A stretch of DNA of 57,330 nt from Chromera velia (lineage: Eukaryota), in contig JAHBMJ010000098.1 in NCBI GenBank assembly GCA_018398765.1, forward strand, positions 1 through 57,330, given 5' to 3'. The position numbers and the translations under genes are program-made. Numbering within the stretch: position 1 is the first letter of the stretch; the number at the start of each line of letters is the position of its first letter. Below, one piece after another: positions 33,441 to 44,319 of this stretch. The notes under the pieces are model-generated. The model saw only the letters and a list, made by a program, of their open reading frames with translations, was not told where the DNA came from and made no database searches.

Positions 33441-34911
33441 TCAACAGTTCTTTGCCTCTAGCTTTGCCTATTGAATGTTATGATAAAAAAAAGAAAATCC
33501 CCTCCACACCTTACCGTAGGGTGCAGACAATCTTCAGTCGAGGACGACATTTTTATATTTCATCTGAAGTATTACCCAGGACGGTACAGGGAAAGGCTTG
33601 GAGCAACCACGCGGACTCATCGCAGTTGCTACCGAGGAAAGGTTACCTCCTACCGGGAGTGGGCTGTGGGAATGCGTAGTGCTGACACCTTGTTGGAACT
33701 TGGAACCTCAGTCATACCCTCTATAGTGTAATTTATACCCTTGCAGTTGAAAGACGGCGACCGACGGTGAAGTGCACTATGTCGAAATCAGCTGATCGAT
33801 CAGAAGTCCTGCCTAGGCGTATGCATACCAATGTTAGCCTCGCACGCGAACCGAACCTTTCAATCATGATCATATAATCAGTAAAAAAAAAATCCGGGCC
33901 ATAAAAAAAAACTTTTTCTTCTCTTTTATTTTTTTTTAAATGTATAGTGCAGAGCCTAGGGAAATCGCAGCGAAATCAATGGAAATCTGGTGGGAAATCC
34001 CAGGGAAATCAATGGAAATCAGAGGGAAATCCTAGGGAAAACTGTGGGAAATCTGGGCTGAGATTTCCCTCAGATTTCCTACTGATTTCCCTGTGATTTC
34101 CCTAGGATTTCCATTCATTTCCCATCAGATTTCTATTCATTTCCTATATCAAATTTCCTACAATTTTCCCTAAGATTTCTTTGTGATTTCCCTTTGATTT
34201 CCATTGATTTCCCTAGGATTTTCCATCAGATTTCCATTGATTTTCCTACGATTTCCATATTTTTTTGTAAGGAACTTGATTGGGAGCTTGCAAAAAAGAA
34301 AGAATGGGCAAAAGAGAGAGGCATCAAAGACTTATAGACAAAAGACTGGGTGATCGTAAGGTGGATTAATGATTGGACGACTCTTGTCAAACATGCAAAG
34401 AGGCTTGAGTTCAGTAAAGTGCCATTTGTTGCCTCTCTCACTAAAAAAAATTTTTATACACAGCCATGTAGATTGGTAAAACAAGATAAAAATGATTTTT
34501 TGTAGTTTCACTTAACAGTGTGCGATAAGACAAACAGAGTTTTTTGCATGCCTAAAATGTCTGCCTTTGTGTTGCTAAGGTACATGCATGCCAGACTCTG
34601 AGGTGCATCAGAGGTGCGCAGCCAAGTTATATGAAGAGAAAGGCATTGAAAAGACATTTCATAAGGGCAGCATCTTATTGTGTCAGCCTAAAAGAGTTGA
34701 TCATAAAAGAGTACAGATGTTTCATAGAAAAACTTGTGAGCTTTGGTTACTCGCGGTGGTTGCGTGTGAAAACAGCAAAGGAAGTGCTTGTATACTTGTA
34801 GAAGGAAGGGAGACAGAGCACAGAACAGCTTTTTATATGATGCATGTGCATATATATGCGTATGAATATGTTTGTGTGTTACTTTTCGAACCTCCCTAAA
34901 CCTAACTACCA

Positions 34912-35067
34912 CTTGAAAGTTTCAGCCGCATTTTTGGATAAGCTTGAAAGTCCACACCGCAGGCATAGATTATTTACGGTGTCTTGAAACCCAAAGCAGC
35001 ATGTCTGAATGGTGTCTTAACCTTGTACGCCGCAAGCGTAAACGGTCTCTTAAAAAACAATGCCGCA
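34912..35067 (+). repeat. Five spaced copies of a bipartite 19-bp motif CTTRA-N9-C(C/A)GCA
   Basis: Copies start at 34912, 34943, 34983, 35016 and 35049. Confidence 0.7.
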
Positions 35068-35124
35068 AATAGAGATCATCTTGATTATATTTTTTCAAGT
35101 GGCACTTAGGTTCAGGAAGATTAC

Positions 35125-35229
35125 TTTCCATCTTCCTATCGTTCTCTCTTTCTTTCTCTCTTTCTTTCTCTCTCTCTCTTTCTTTTTCTCTTTCTCTCTT
35201 TCTTTCTTTCTTTTTTTCTTTCTTGCTTG

Positions 35230-35260
<31 letters not shown>

Positions 35261-35272
35261 TTTCTCTTTCTC

Positions 35273-35311
<39 letters not shown>

Positions 35312-36182
35312 CTCTTTTTCTCTTTCTCTTTCTCTTTTTCTCTCTCTCTCTCTCTTTCTCTTTGTTTCTTTCTTTCTTTCTTTCTTTCTTTTTTTCTTTC
35401 TTTCTCTCTTTTTCTCTTTCTCTTTTTCTCTCTCTCTCTCTCTTTCTCTTTGTTTCTTTCTTTCTTTCTTTCTTTCTTTCTTTCAATCTTGTTTTCTTTC
35501 TTTCTTTTTTTCTCTCTTTCTTTCTTTCATACTTTCTTTCTTTCTTTCCTTTTCTTTTTTCTTTCTATATTTCTCTTTCAAGTCACAAATATCGTTCGAA
35601 AACTTTCGTTTTTTCTTTCTTTTCTTATTCATCTTTCTTTCTATCTTTTGTTCCTTTTACCTTTCTTTCTTCCTTCCTCAGGCTTCCTTTCTTTGCATGG
35701 GTTGCTACGAGTATGCACCATGGCACACCATGGTAAGAGCACTTCTTCGTCTTGCAGGGACAAAGACGGTACATGATTGAGGTCAAGGAGAGCAGCAGTC
35801 CCATAAAAGCAAGCCACATAGGCATTTGGGCTCTGCCCAGGTCCCTATACAACTAATAGTGTGTGGTAGGGCCAATGCAGGTGCTCTCTGGCACTGCGAT
35901 GGGCAAGGGCCTCCCTAAATAAATGCTATAGGGTTCTTGATGTTTCTTCCTCTTTCTTTTTGTTCTTCCCTTCTTGCTTTCTTTCTTTCTTTCCTTCTTC
36001 TTTCTCCGGGACCCTTTCTTTTCTTTCTTTCTTGTTTGCTTGCTTCCTTCCTTCTTCCACCCTTCCTTCCGTCCTCTCCTTTCTTTGTGTCCTAATTTAT
36101 GTTTTTCTTTTTTTCCTTCCTTCCTTCCTTCCTTCTTTCCTTCCTTTCTTCTTTCTTTCTTTCTTTCTTTCTTTCTTTTTTC

Positions 36183-36217
<35 letters not shown>

Positions 36218-36350
36218 TTTTTCTTTCTTTTTTTCTTTCTTTCTTTCTTTCTTTCTTTCTTTCGTTCTTTTGTTCTTTCCTTCTTTCCTTCTTTCTTTCT
36301 TTCCTTCCGTCTTTCTTTCTTTCTTCCTTCTTTTTGTCTCTCTTCTCTAT
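35125..36350. repeat. Large polypyrimidine (CTTT/CT/CCTT)n microsatellite in two blocks
   Basis: Blocks at ~35125-35690 and ~35940-36350, separated by ~250 bp of complex sequence. Confidence 0.95.
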
Positions 36351-37029
36351 GCATATCAGGACTGATGTTTGGAAAGGAAGTATGTGCTGGTACGAAGGGT
36401 ACATGAGGGTTGATATACGCCGCCGGGCCGAAAGGCCCCGCGACGCACAAAGTTTCGCTCGTTCATGCAAGTGTACGCTTGCTGCATAAGCACACATGCA
36501 CTCACTCACTTAACTTTGTGCGTTGCCAATGTGTATGAATGATGATATGCATGGTGGGGACGAAAATAAACTGTGCGCAAGCGTGAGTGCGCATGCCAGC
36601 GTGGCCCTTCATTGCCTTCAAAGAAAAATAAAATTCGGAGCGCGTGCGCCCATGCCGCCCAGCGACAGAGACGGAAAGATCGACGCCGGCAGTCTGAATT
36701 GAAATGAGGTGAATTAATACATGCATGCATATCGACTCATTTAGACTGCTCTGCTCTCTTTGAAGTCTCTAGAATACTGAACGAACACATTGAATGAAAC
36801 AAACAAATAGTGTGCAGGGAAGTTAAAAACTGTAACCACATTACTAGCTAGATTACTAGATTATTAGATAACTTACTGAGTCTTACTCTATTTATTTAAA
36901 CTATTTCATCACACCTATTGTGACACAATTATTTGTGTCACTGATACTAACTAATACTAGTGCATAGGGTATTGTGTGAATTTGTCTCACAATTAATTTG
37001 AATTATGTCATACTATAGTTTCAGTGTAA

Positions 37030-40000
37030 AGATAGAGGGGGAGAGACGGAGATGAGGAAGGGAAGGGGGGAGCTCCGGCACCCCCGGTCGAGAAGTAATG
37101 AAAAGGAGGGGGCAGGGGGGAAGCACAAGGAGAGAGAAGGAGAGCACACCTTCCTCCCGTAGCTTGCTCTCACAGCTGCAAGAGCTGCAACTCGAAAGGA
37201 AGAGGCTGAAAGAAAGAGTGCATTCTATTTTGAGACGGATGCAGAAAGAAAGAGAGAATCTTTCCATCTTAACCGTAGAACTCAGAGAGATGATCTGTAA
37301 GCAGACTGAGGAGCTTTTTGCAAGAAGAGCCATTCAAATGATGGAGGCATTGGGGGTTGATGAGTGCATGAGAGGCGTCGAACCGAGCGTGGGGGAAAGG
37401 TTAGGACCAGAAGGGGGGGATCAGTATGGGAGAGGGACCAGGCTAAGGATTATGATGCAGAACCGCTTTGAAGCCCTGATGGAAGAGTCCGATTTCAACA
37501 CCAAAGAAGAAGCCGATGACCAAATCTCATTTCCCATACCAAAAAAAATAGCGGCATTCCCAGTATCAAAGTCTTTTGTTTCTGAAAGGAGTGAGACGGA
37601 CCATCTTTCTCCTGAGGAAAAGGTTGAGGTGCAACTCCGAACCCGGCCTGGGGGAGGGAGGGAGGGAGAGGCTAGAGGGACACCGAAGGCCTCTCCAAGC
37701 CCGGTAAGCGGGGACGGGAAGGGAGTAGGTCTTTTCACTCCGATCTCAACATATAAACCTGAGCACACATTCTTTTCCCCCCCTCCCCCTTTGTGCAGGT
37801 CGCGCTCCGGTGTGAGGGACGGGCACAACCATAGTTATGACAGAGGCAGCAGGGCAACAAAAGGCGTCAGACGGGCCATGGGACAGGAGGGAGAGAGGCG
37901 GGGGGATAGGACAGGAGGGGAAGGGGGACGGAAAGAAGAAGGGGAAAAGGAAGGAGGGGGCAGCTCACACTTATCGTCCAACACTCCATCGGAATGCTCT
38001 GACGCAGATATCCCTCAAGCAGCCGTATCAAACGAACAGAAAGAAAGAGGTGAAAGAAAAAGAAAGGAGAAAGGGAGCATAGTTGCAGTCTGGTTGAATT
38101 GCAAAGGAGCACAAAGGAGACTGCAGCCTTGGTTGTCCTCAGAAGAGTTTGAGAAGGAGTTTGAGGAAGCAGACATTATTTTTTTGAACGAGACATGCTC
38201 TTTTTTGAGAGAGTGCCGGACAGTAACAAGAAAGAAGACTGGAGTCAACTACCCACTGATAACGAAATCGGGGGAGCAGGCAGTGAACACGGGCGGGGTT
38301 GCTGTGCTTCTTAGCCATAGGGTAAGGAGTGTAGGTTGGGAGAAAGACAGACTGAGCAGGGCCGCGGGGATGCCAGTGGTACAGAATCCAGATCCACAAA
38401 AACTCCTGCTGTGTGGAGTATATGATCTCGCCGCATATACTACGTACTATGACGAAACTTTGATCACAGATCTGAAGGAGTGCATGGAAGAGAAAAGAAG
38501 AAAAGAGGGCGGGGAGAGGGGTAGGGTATGTGTTGGAGAAGACTTCAATGCAAGGACTGGAAAGGAGGCTCCAAGGATTCTCTTTGGGGAAGATGTTGGG
38601 GTTGGGGAAGTGGGAGGGAGGGGACAGAAAAGAGAGAGTTGTGAGCCTGTCAGGCAATCCCAAGATCTGATAGTGAACGAAAAGGGGAGGAGACTGATTT
38701 CGTTCTGCGAGGAGATAGAGATCATACCGCTTAATGGCCTGCGTCAGTGCAAGGTCGGGAAGGGAGGGGAAGAGAAGTCCTTTGACTTTGATGGGTCGTT
38801 CAGTTTTTCTAGTCTTGGGAGGGATGCATTTGCAGTAAATGATTATGTTTGTATTTCGCCTGAACTTCTTCTGTTTGTTCATGCTTTTTCTGTGAAAGAA
38901 GTGAATTTGGTAAAGACTGACTCGGACCACCTGCACTTTGATTGCACCTGCGCTTGCCAGAAACAAAAGATAAGAAGAGGAGAAGGAGAACAAAGAAAGA
39001 GAGGGAGCTGCCAGAGCAAGACCAAATTTAAAAAAGATGGTAGGGACCCTTGCCAGAGAGAGCAGAAAAGAACTTCTTGTCAGCGCTGGAAAGAAGATTA
39101 GACAATGAAGGAGTAAAGAAAGAAATGAGCAAGATGATGGACGTTCAGAAAGGAGTTCGGGTAATGGAAGAGACACTAGATAGACCATACAGGAAGCTGA
39201 AAAAAACAGTAGAAGAGGAATACAAGAAAGTGTGCAAGAAAGAAAAGAAATGCAGAAGAGGGGCAAACGTTAGAGAGGACAACATACCAGAGATAATAAT
39301 CAGGAGGAGAATCAAACAAGTGAAAAAGATCGAATCACAGGCAGGAAAAAAAGTAAGAGAGGCCAAAAAGAAACTCGATGACGAAAAGACAGAATCAGCA
39401 GAAAGAGAATTGAAAGAAGTAAAAGAGGCTTTGCACTCAGTAAGCAGGGAGAGAAGAAGAACATTGTCAATGAGAAGAGAGGAGGCAAGGCAGAGATTCA
39501 AAAGAATAGAAAGAATCACAAGTCAGCTGGCAGAGAAAGGAGGAGAATGGAAGGTATAGAACCAGCTGAGCAAAAAGAAAGAGGTAAGAAAGGAAGATGC
39601 GCTGACTGAAGAAGAGATAGCAAGAGGGTGGGAAAAACAGTGGAAGAAAGATGAAAACGAAGACGCAGAGGAAAAAATCATGAAAACCGTCTCACGCATT
39701 TTCGAAGCACTGACAGAAACAAAAGAATGGAGGATAGACACAAAGAAGGTGCATGAAGGATTGAAAAAGAACGGAAACCCCAAGAAAGTGGCAGGGAAAG
39801 ATAGTATACCTCCGGGTGTGCATGGTGCAATGGCAAAGTCGGCAACAATGGTTAAGTATTACCATAGATTAATAAATGTGTGTGCTCATTTCACATGGTG
39901 GCCATCTGGATGGAATGATCTCGTAATCTTTGCACTTCCCAAGCCAGGGAAGCAGCAAAACATTCAAAAAGGATGGAGACCAATCCATCTAGACTCAGCC

Positions 40001-42429
40001 GATATGAAATGGGGGGAGTTGTACATGAGGGATGCGGTAGAGACCGAGGGAAGGGAGAAACGGAAGCATGTGCAGTCCGCCTACAGTAAAGGGGTGGGAA
40101 CCTTGAATACAATTTTTCTTTTACTTCAATCGATCGCTCATCTTGAGATTCTTTTTGTTTCTTTTATTGATTTCATAAATGCATTTGATAAAGCATCTCA
40201 CAGTAGAATGCCTAAACAGTTGAGAAAGCACGGGGTACGGGAAAAGACCATTAAGTGGGTATATGAGTCGCTGCGAAATATCAGAGCAAGGGTGAAGGGG
40301 AGTGATTTCTGGTTTCGGGAAGAAAAAGGGTCAAAGCAGGGAGGTCTGGCAGGACCTTCTCTATTTAAGGGATATACAAATGATATGCCAGCAGACATTG
40401 GGAGGAGGGCAGGCCTCACCGGGAGGGGTCCCAAGCTCCAGAAAGGCCCCGAGGGTGTGTAAGAGAACTTCCCTGTCGGGCTTTTTACTACGCTTTTTGC
40501 TGACGACACATATTTTCAATTGATAGAGACAGAGGAGATGGAGAGGCTTTTGAAGGCACTGGAGGAGTATACGAGGCCTTTGAAGCTCTTTCTGTCAGAT
40601 AAGTCAAGAATAATGAAGTTTAGACAGAAAACGGGGGAGAGAAGAAAGCGATTCACGTTGGGTGGGGCGGAGTTAGTTTAGGCAAGCGAATATCCGTACC
40701 TTGGCCTTCTTTTAACAGAAGATTACTCCACAGATGCAATGATAAGAGAGAGAATGATTAAGGCAGAAAGACTCTTTTTTGCGTTGAAAAGTAAGACCAG
40801 TGCAGGAGGAGGGATCCCACCCGCAACTTGTTTTTAATGGTTCAGGCAGACAGTATGTACAGTTTGGTCATACGGCTGCGAAGTATATTCACACTCACAG
40901 GAAGCGTTTGCAGAGTTTGACAGATTGCAAAGAAGATTCATTCGATGGATGCTGCAACTGAGAGAGAAAGAAAGTATACTCACCACTTTCCTTGAGGCAG
41001 GCCTTCTTCCTATCGATCTGGTGGTTGCACAGAGAACCCTGATGTGGACAAGGAAGGTAATCCAAAAAGGAAGAGACACACCGACAGGCTATGCACTCAT
41101 TCAATCATTGCAGGAAGGAGTCGATTTAGAACTGAGAAGAAGGAAGCTTCACCCCTTTCACTTTTTTCCCCACTTGAAGAAATGTGTCGAAACACTTTTC
41201 ACAGAGACAAGAAGCCATCCCTTCTAGATAGGAAGAGAACCAGAAGCTACAGGCAGACAACCTTCCTTTGAGAGAAAAGGCAGAATAGTAAGGTGGATAG
41301 AAGCGCTGAAAAAAGAAAAAATTAGAAAGAGGAAAAATGAAGCATTTGCAAAGAGAGTTAAGAGGTCAGTGCAGAAAAGAGGAAGGGCCGAGAGGGAAGA
41401 GCTGAGAGAAGGCGTCATGCATCCTATCCATATATCTCTATCTAACAAAAATCGCCTAAATCTATGGCTTCACAACAGCAAGAATGGAGAAGATACAGAC
41501 AGAAGCATTTCATTAGATAGAGATAAGATAGGGAGAACCCCCATCTACTATACAAAGATAGCTCCCTGGCTTGTCCATAGAAGAAGGGCTGCATTTCGGG
41601 TGGAAGAGAGAAACTTGGAGGTAAAGACGGGGAAGTTCTCAACAGAAGGAGGCAGGGGGACCCCATTAACAGAAAGGAAATACATAGTTTACTCTGACCT
41701 GCTTGATATTCAAGTAGTCGAAGATGAAATCCATATGCTGACTGAATGCCCTCTGTATGATGGAGAGAGGGCAGACTGTTTGCAAGCTTTGATGACACAT
41801 TGGAGTTCGGTGAAAGGGAGAGAGGAGAGAGCTGCAAATAGCAGCAGATGGAAAGTGGGTGGTGAAGGGAAGGTAGACAAGATCGCTCTATTCTCTTTTC
41901 TTTTGAATGAGGCCGACAAGAATGTTGATACCTTTCTGAAAGACATCATGATGAAAAGACAGGTAGTGAAAGAATGGAAAAGAAAAAAGGGAGACAATTT
42001 GAGTCAAGCTTTAGGAAAAGAGTTAGATAGACTGCATCAGGAGACTTGGAAAAGTGAGAAAGAAAGAGAGGGAAGAATTAAAAAGTATGAAAGGGTATGG
42101 AGTGATATAAAGAAAGCAAAAGAGGAAGGAAAAAGGAGGAGGATGGGATGTTAGGAGGTTTTGGAACTCGTTTCGAGCCGTTCATCTGCAATTCTGGGAT
42201 CGTTCTCTTTCAAATCCTGCTTTAGAATGGAGTGAGCCCTCTTACATACACACATAGGCGATTGACTGTTCAATGTGATCCGTTCACGGCACAGGCAAGA
42301 CCTGTACGGGCCAGCCAGGGAGGTCTGATGCATCTAGGCGCTTTCCCTAGAAGTTGTACATCGGACATTCGGCATTGGGGCGGGAGGCCAATGCTCCGGA
42401 CATTAAACCTAATCCTAATCCTAATCCTA
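37030..42429 (+). mobile_element. Near full-length inactivated non-LTR retrotransposon (LINE): ORF1-like region + APE endonuclease + reverse transcriptase + decayed CCHC finger
   Basis: APE motifs WLNCKG, DIIFLNET, GEDFNARTG, NDYVCIS, DSDH (38.08-38.93 kb). RT motifs AGKDSIP, GWRPIHL, FIDFINAFD, KQGGLAGPSLF, LFADDT (~40492-40510), YPYLG. C-terminal ERKYIVY...EDEIHMLTECPLY. 3' stem-loop GCATTGG...CCAATGC (42372-42394) and (CCTAAT)n tail. Broken by a frameshift near 38.9-39.05 kb and in-frame stops. Confidence 0.93.
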
Positions 42430-42539
42430 GTAGGTATGCTAGCGGGTGTACTAATTAGTAGTTAGTGTACTATTTACTAGGCTAGTAAATGTGCAGCAAA
42501 TTTAAAATAATTAGAGACGTTGCTCAGATGTATGCAACA

Positions 42540-42652
42540 AAATACTGATACGTCTAAGTGTACGTTGTCTCTGCTAGTTTTCCTAAAAGCTGCACGTCGG
42601 ATATTCGGCATTAAAACGTGGAACCAATCCCCCGCAAATAAATAAATAATCA
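42540..42652 (+). mobile_element. Second, hypermutated LINE 3' end with (AAAT)n tail
   Basis: ttcctaaaagctgcacgtcggatattcggcattaaaacgtggaaccaat aligns with ttccctagaagttgtacatcggacattcggcattggggcgggaggccaat (42343-42392). Confidence 0.6.
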
Positions 42653-43309
42653 TATTAAATTCTAATACCGACTGATTCGATACGTCATTTTAATTGATTT
42701 TTGTTAAAATGAATTCACATGATACATGTAAAAAGTGAACTATAGGAATCAGTTTATTAACTATAGTATTTGATTATCAAAACATTTTTAAAAATTCACT
42801 AGAAAAGCATGTTGTTTATAAATAAATCTAGAAATAAATTAAACTAGAAATTCAATGAATCATATTAATTCATACCGCATGAATGTTGATAAAGCGTTAA
42901 AGAGCAAGACAAGGCTTTAAAATATAATAGCGCGCGGAACTTGAAAAAAGCTATAGACTAGGCTATAGAAACAGAGAGTCTTCAAAGAGACAGAGGGAGA
43001 TAAGGCTAGAGATAAGGAGACAATGACAGTCCGAGACATGAAAGAAAGAGGAGAGGGGGGGCAGTGAGGGAACTAGAGAGGGAAGGGGGAGGGAGAAGGA
43101 GGCGCATGTAGTGCCATGGATACTGCTCATACACACATGCATATATAAACGCACACGGAGCGACGTGCATCTAAATCAATGTACGTCATTGTGTCAAAGG
43201 TCCCGTGTCAGACCCTGCGCAAACAGCCCGTGAATTGCGCAGCCTACTTGATCTGAGCTTTTGGGAAAAAAACCCATCACCACAATCAACTCGTTCCTTC
43301 GCAGTAGCA

Positions 43310-44288
43310 TTAAAATAATTCATGCGCCCGCACTGATCGATGCGTGTCAGTGCGTGTCCGACCTGTACAGTAAATAAGAGGATTAAGGACTGAAAGTCGC
43401 GCAAGGAAGGTTTTCCGACGATCAGAAACGAAGAGAGAGTCTACAGTGGGGAAAAGGAAGAAAGAAAGCTCAACGAGGAGTAAAAACATGCAGTCAGATG
43501 GCGTAACCGTTCCATGGTAAATAGGTACGTGCACGAATGGAAAGGGAAAAATGCAAAGAAAGAATCACCCTGAGTCTACCGGACCCAAACAAAAAAACCC
43601 AAACACATGACCAGGATATCACAAAGCAAAGTAAGAGACACGGACAGATACACGCAGACAAGCGGACCCTTCCCCTTACAGTATGTGCGTGCATACGCAT
43701 AGAGACACGAGATGTAAAAGCAAAAATGCGCAGGGGAGAAGAGAAAAAGAACAGAGTAAGAAAGAAAGTGAGAAAGAAAAAGAGAGAAAAAGGAAGAGAA
43801 AAGGCAGAACATCACACAGCTCTGTCATGAAGTGAAGGATGCCCATGTACACAGACCGTCACCAAACAGTCAAGCAGTCAGTCAGTCAGTCTTCTTTCTT
43901 TCTTTCTTTCTTTCTTTCTGTCTGTCTGTCTGTCTGTCAGGCAGCAGCAACCCTGAATGAAGATCTTTTCTCTTCCCTCTTTGTTTCCATGCACAAACAG
44001 GGCGCACGCTGCAGGCCGACAGAGGGCACCAAAGCCTCGCAAGCATGTTGGATTGACTGACTGAACGACTGCTTCACCGACTGACAGGTGAAGCCATAAT
44101 AGTACAGCACCCTCTTCCCTTCTCCTCTCTTCATGAACGATTGCCGTCTGCATGTCAGTAAATTCCCAATCGACAGAGAGCCCACCGTTGAGAGCCCGAG
44201 GCCACAAGCGGCCGAAATGGATCACCCTCCATCGGACAGAAAAGGGTTGGGGGATTGGAAAGAAAGAAAGAAAGAAAGAAAGAAAGAA

Positions 44289-44319
<31 letters not shown>

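Larger units (their letters stand above)
32163..33959. mobile_element. Non-autonomous DNA transposon with CTAGG termini and 8-bp TSD (hAT-like)
   Basis: Left end CTAGGCTC(GATC)TGCACT...A-tract; right end T-tract...AGTGCAGAGCCTAG. TSD GGAAATCG at 32155-32162 and 33960-33967. Confidence 0.75.
32125..34274. mobile_element. Foldback-type non-autonomous DNA transposon made of inverted (GGAAATC)/(GATTTCC) arrays, split by a nested insertion
   Basis: Left end CTCCTTACAAAAAAA...ATGGAAATCG; right end CGATTTCCATATTTTTTTGTAAGGAA. CTTG flanks both sides (32121-32124, 34275-34278). Arrays run over 33960-34258. Confidence 0.7.

Noticed and set aside
35680..35735. Isolated exon-like segment (cag|...|gtaaga) inside the pyrimidine tract
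   Set aside because: No compatible neighbouring exons or recognisable peptide; cannot be supported without transcript data.
35060..36509. Long F/L/S- and K/E/R-rich ORFs in the ORF track
   Set aside because: They are translations of the (CTTT)n microsatellite, open in several frames on both strands.
38139..39266. 375-aa minus-strand ORF
   Set aside because: Antisense shadow of the purine-rich LINE ORF, with no recognisable motifs.
39557..41227. TAA/TAG reassigned to Gln (ciliate-type genetic code) as the explanation for the LINE stops
   Set aside because: Host genes here end in TAA (golgin, hslU) and have no internal TAR. The LINE also has a frameshift and Cys>Tyr changes, which fit mutation better.
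42406..42429. Telomere or chromosome end
   Set aside because: Only ~4 units of CCTAAT, interstitial, directly after the LINE 3' stem-loop; better read as the element's tail.
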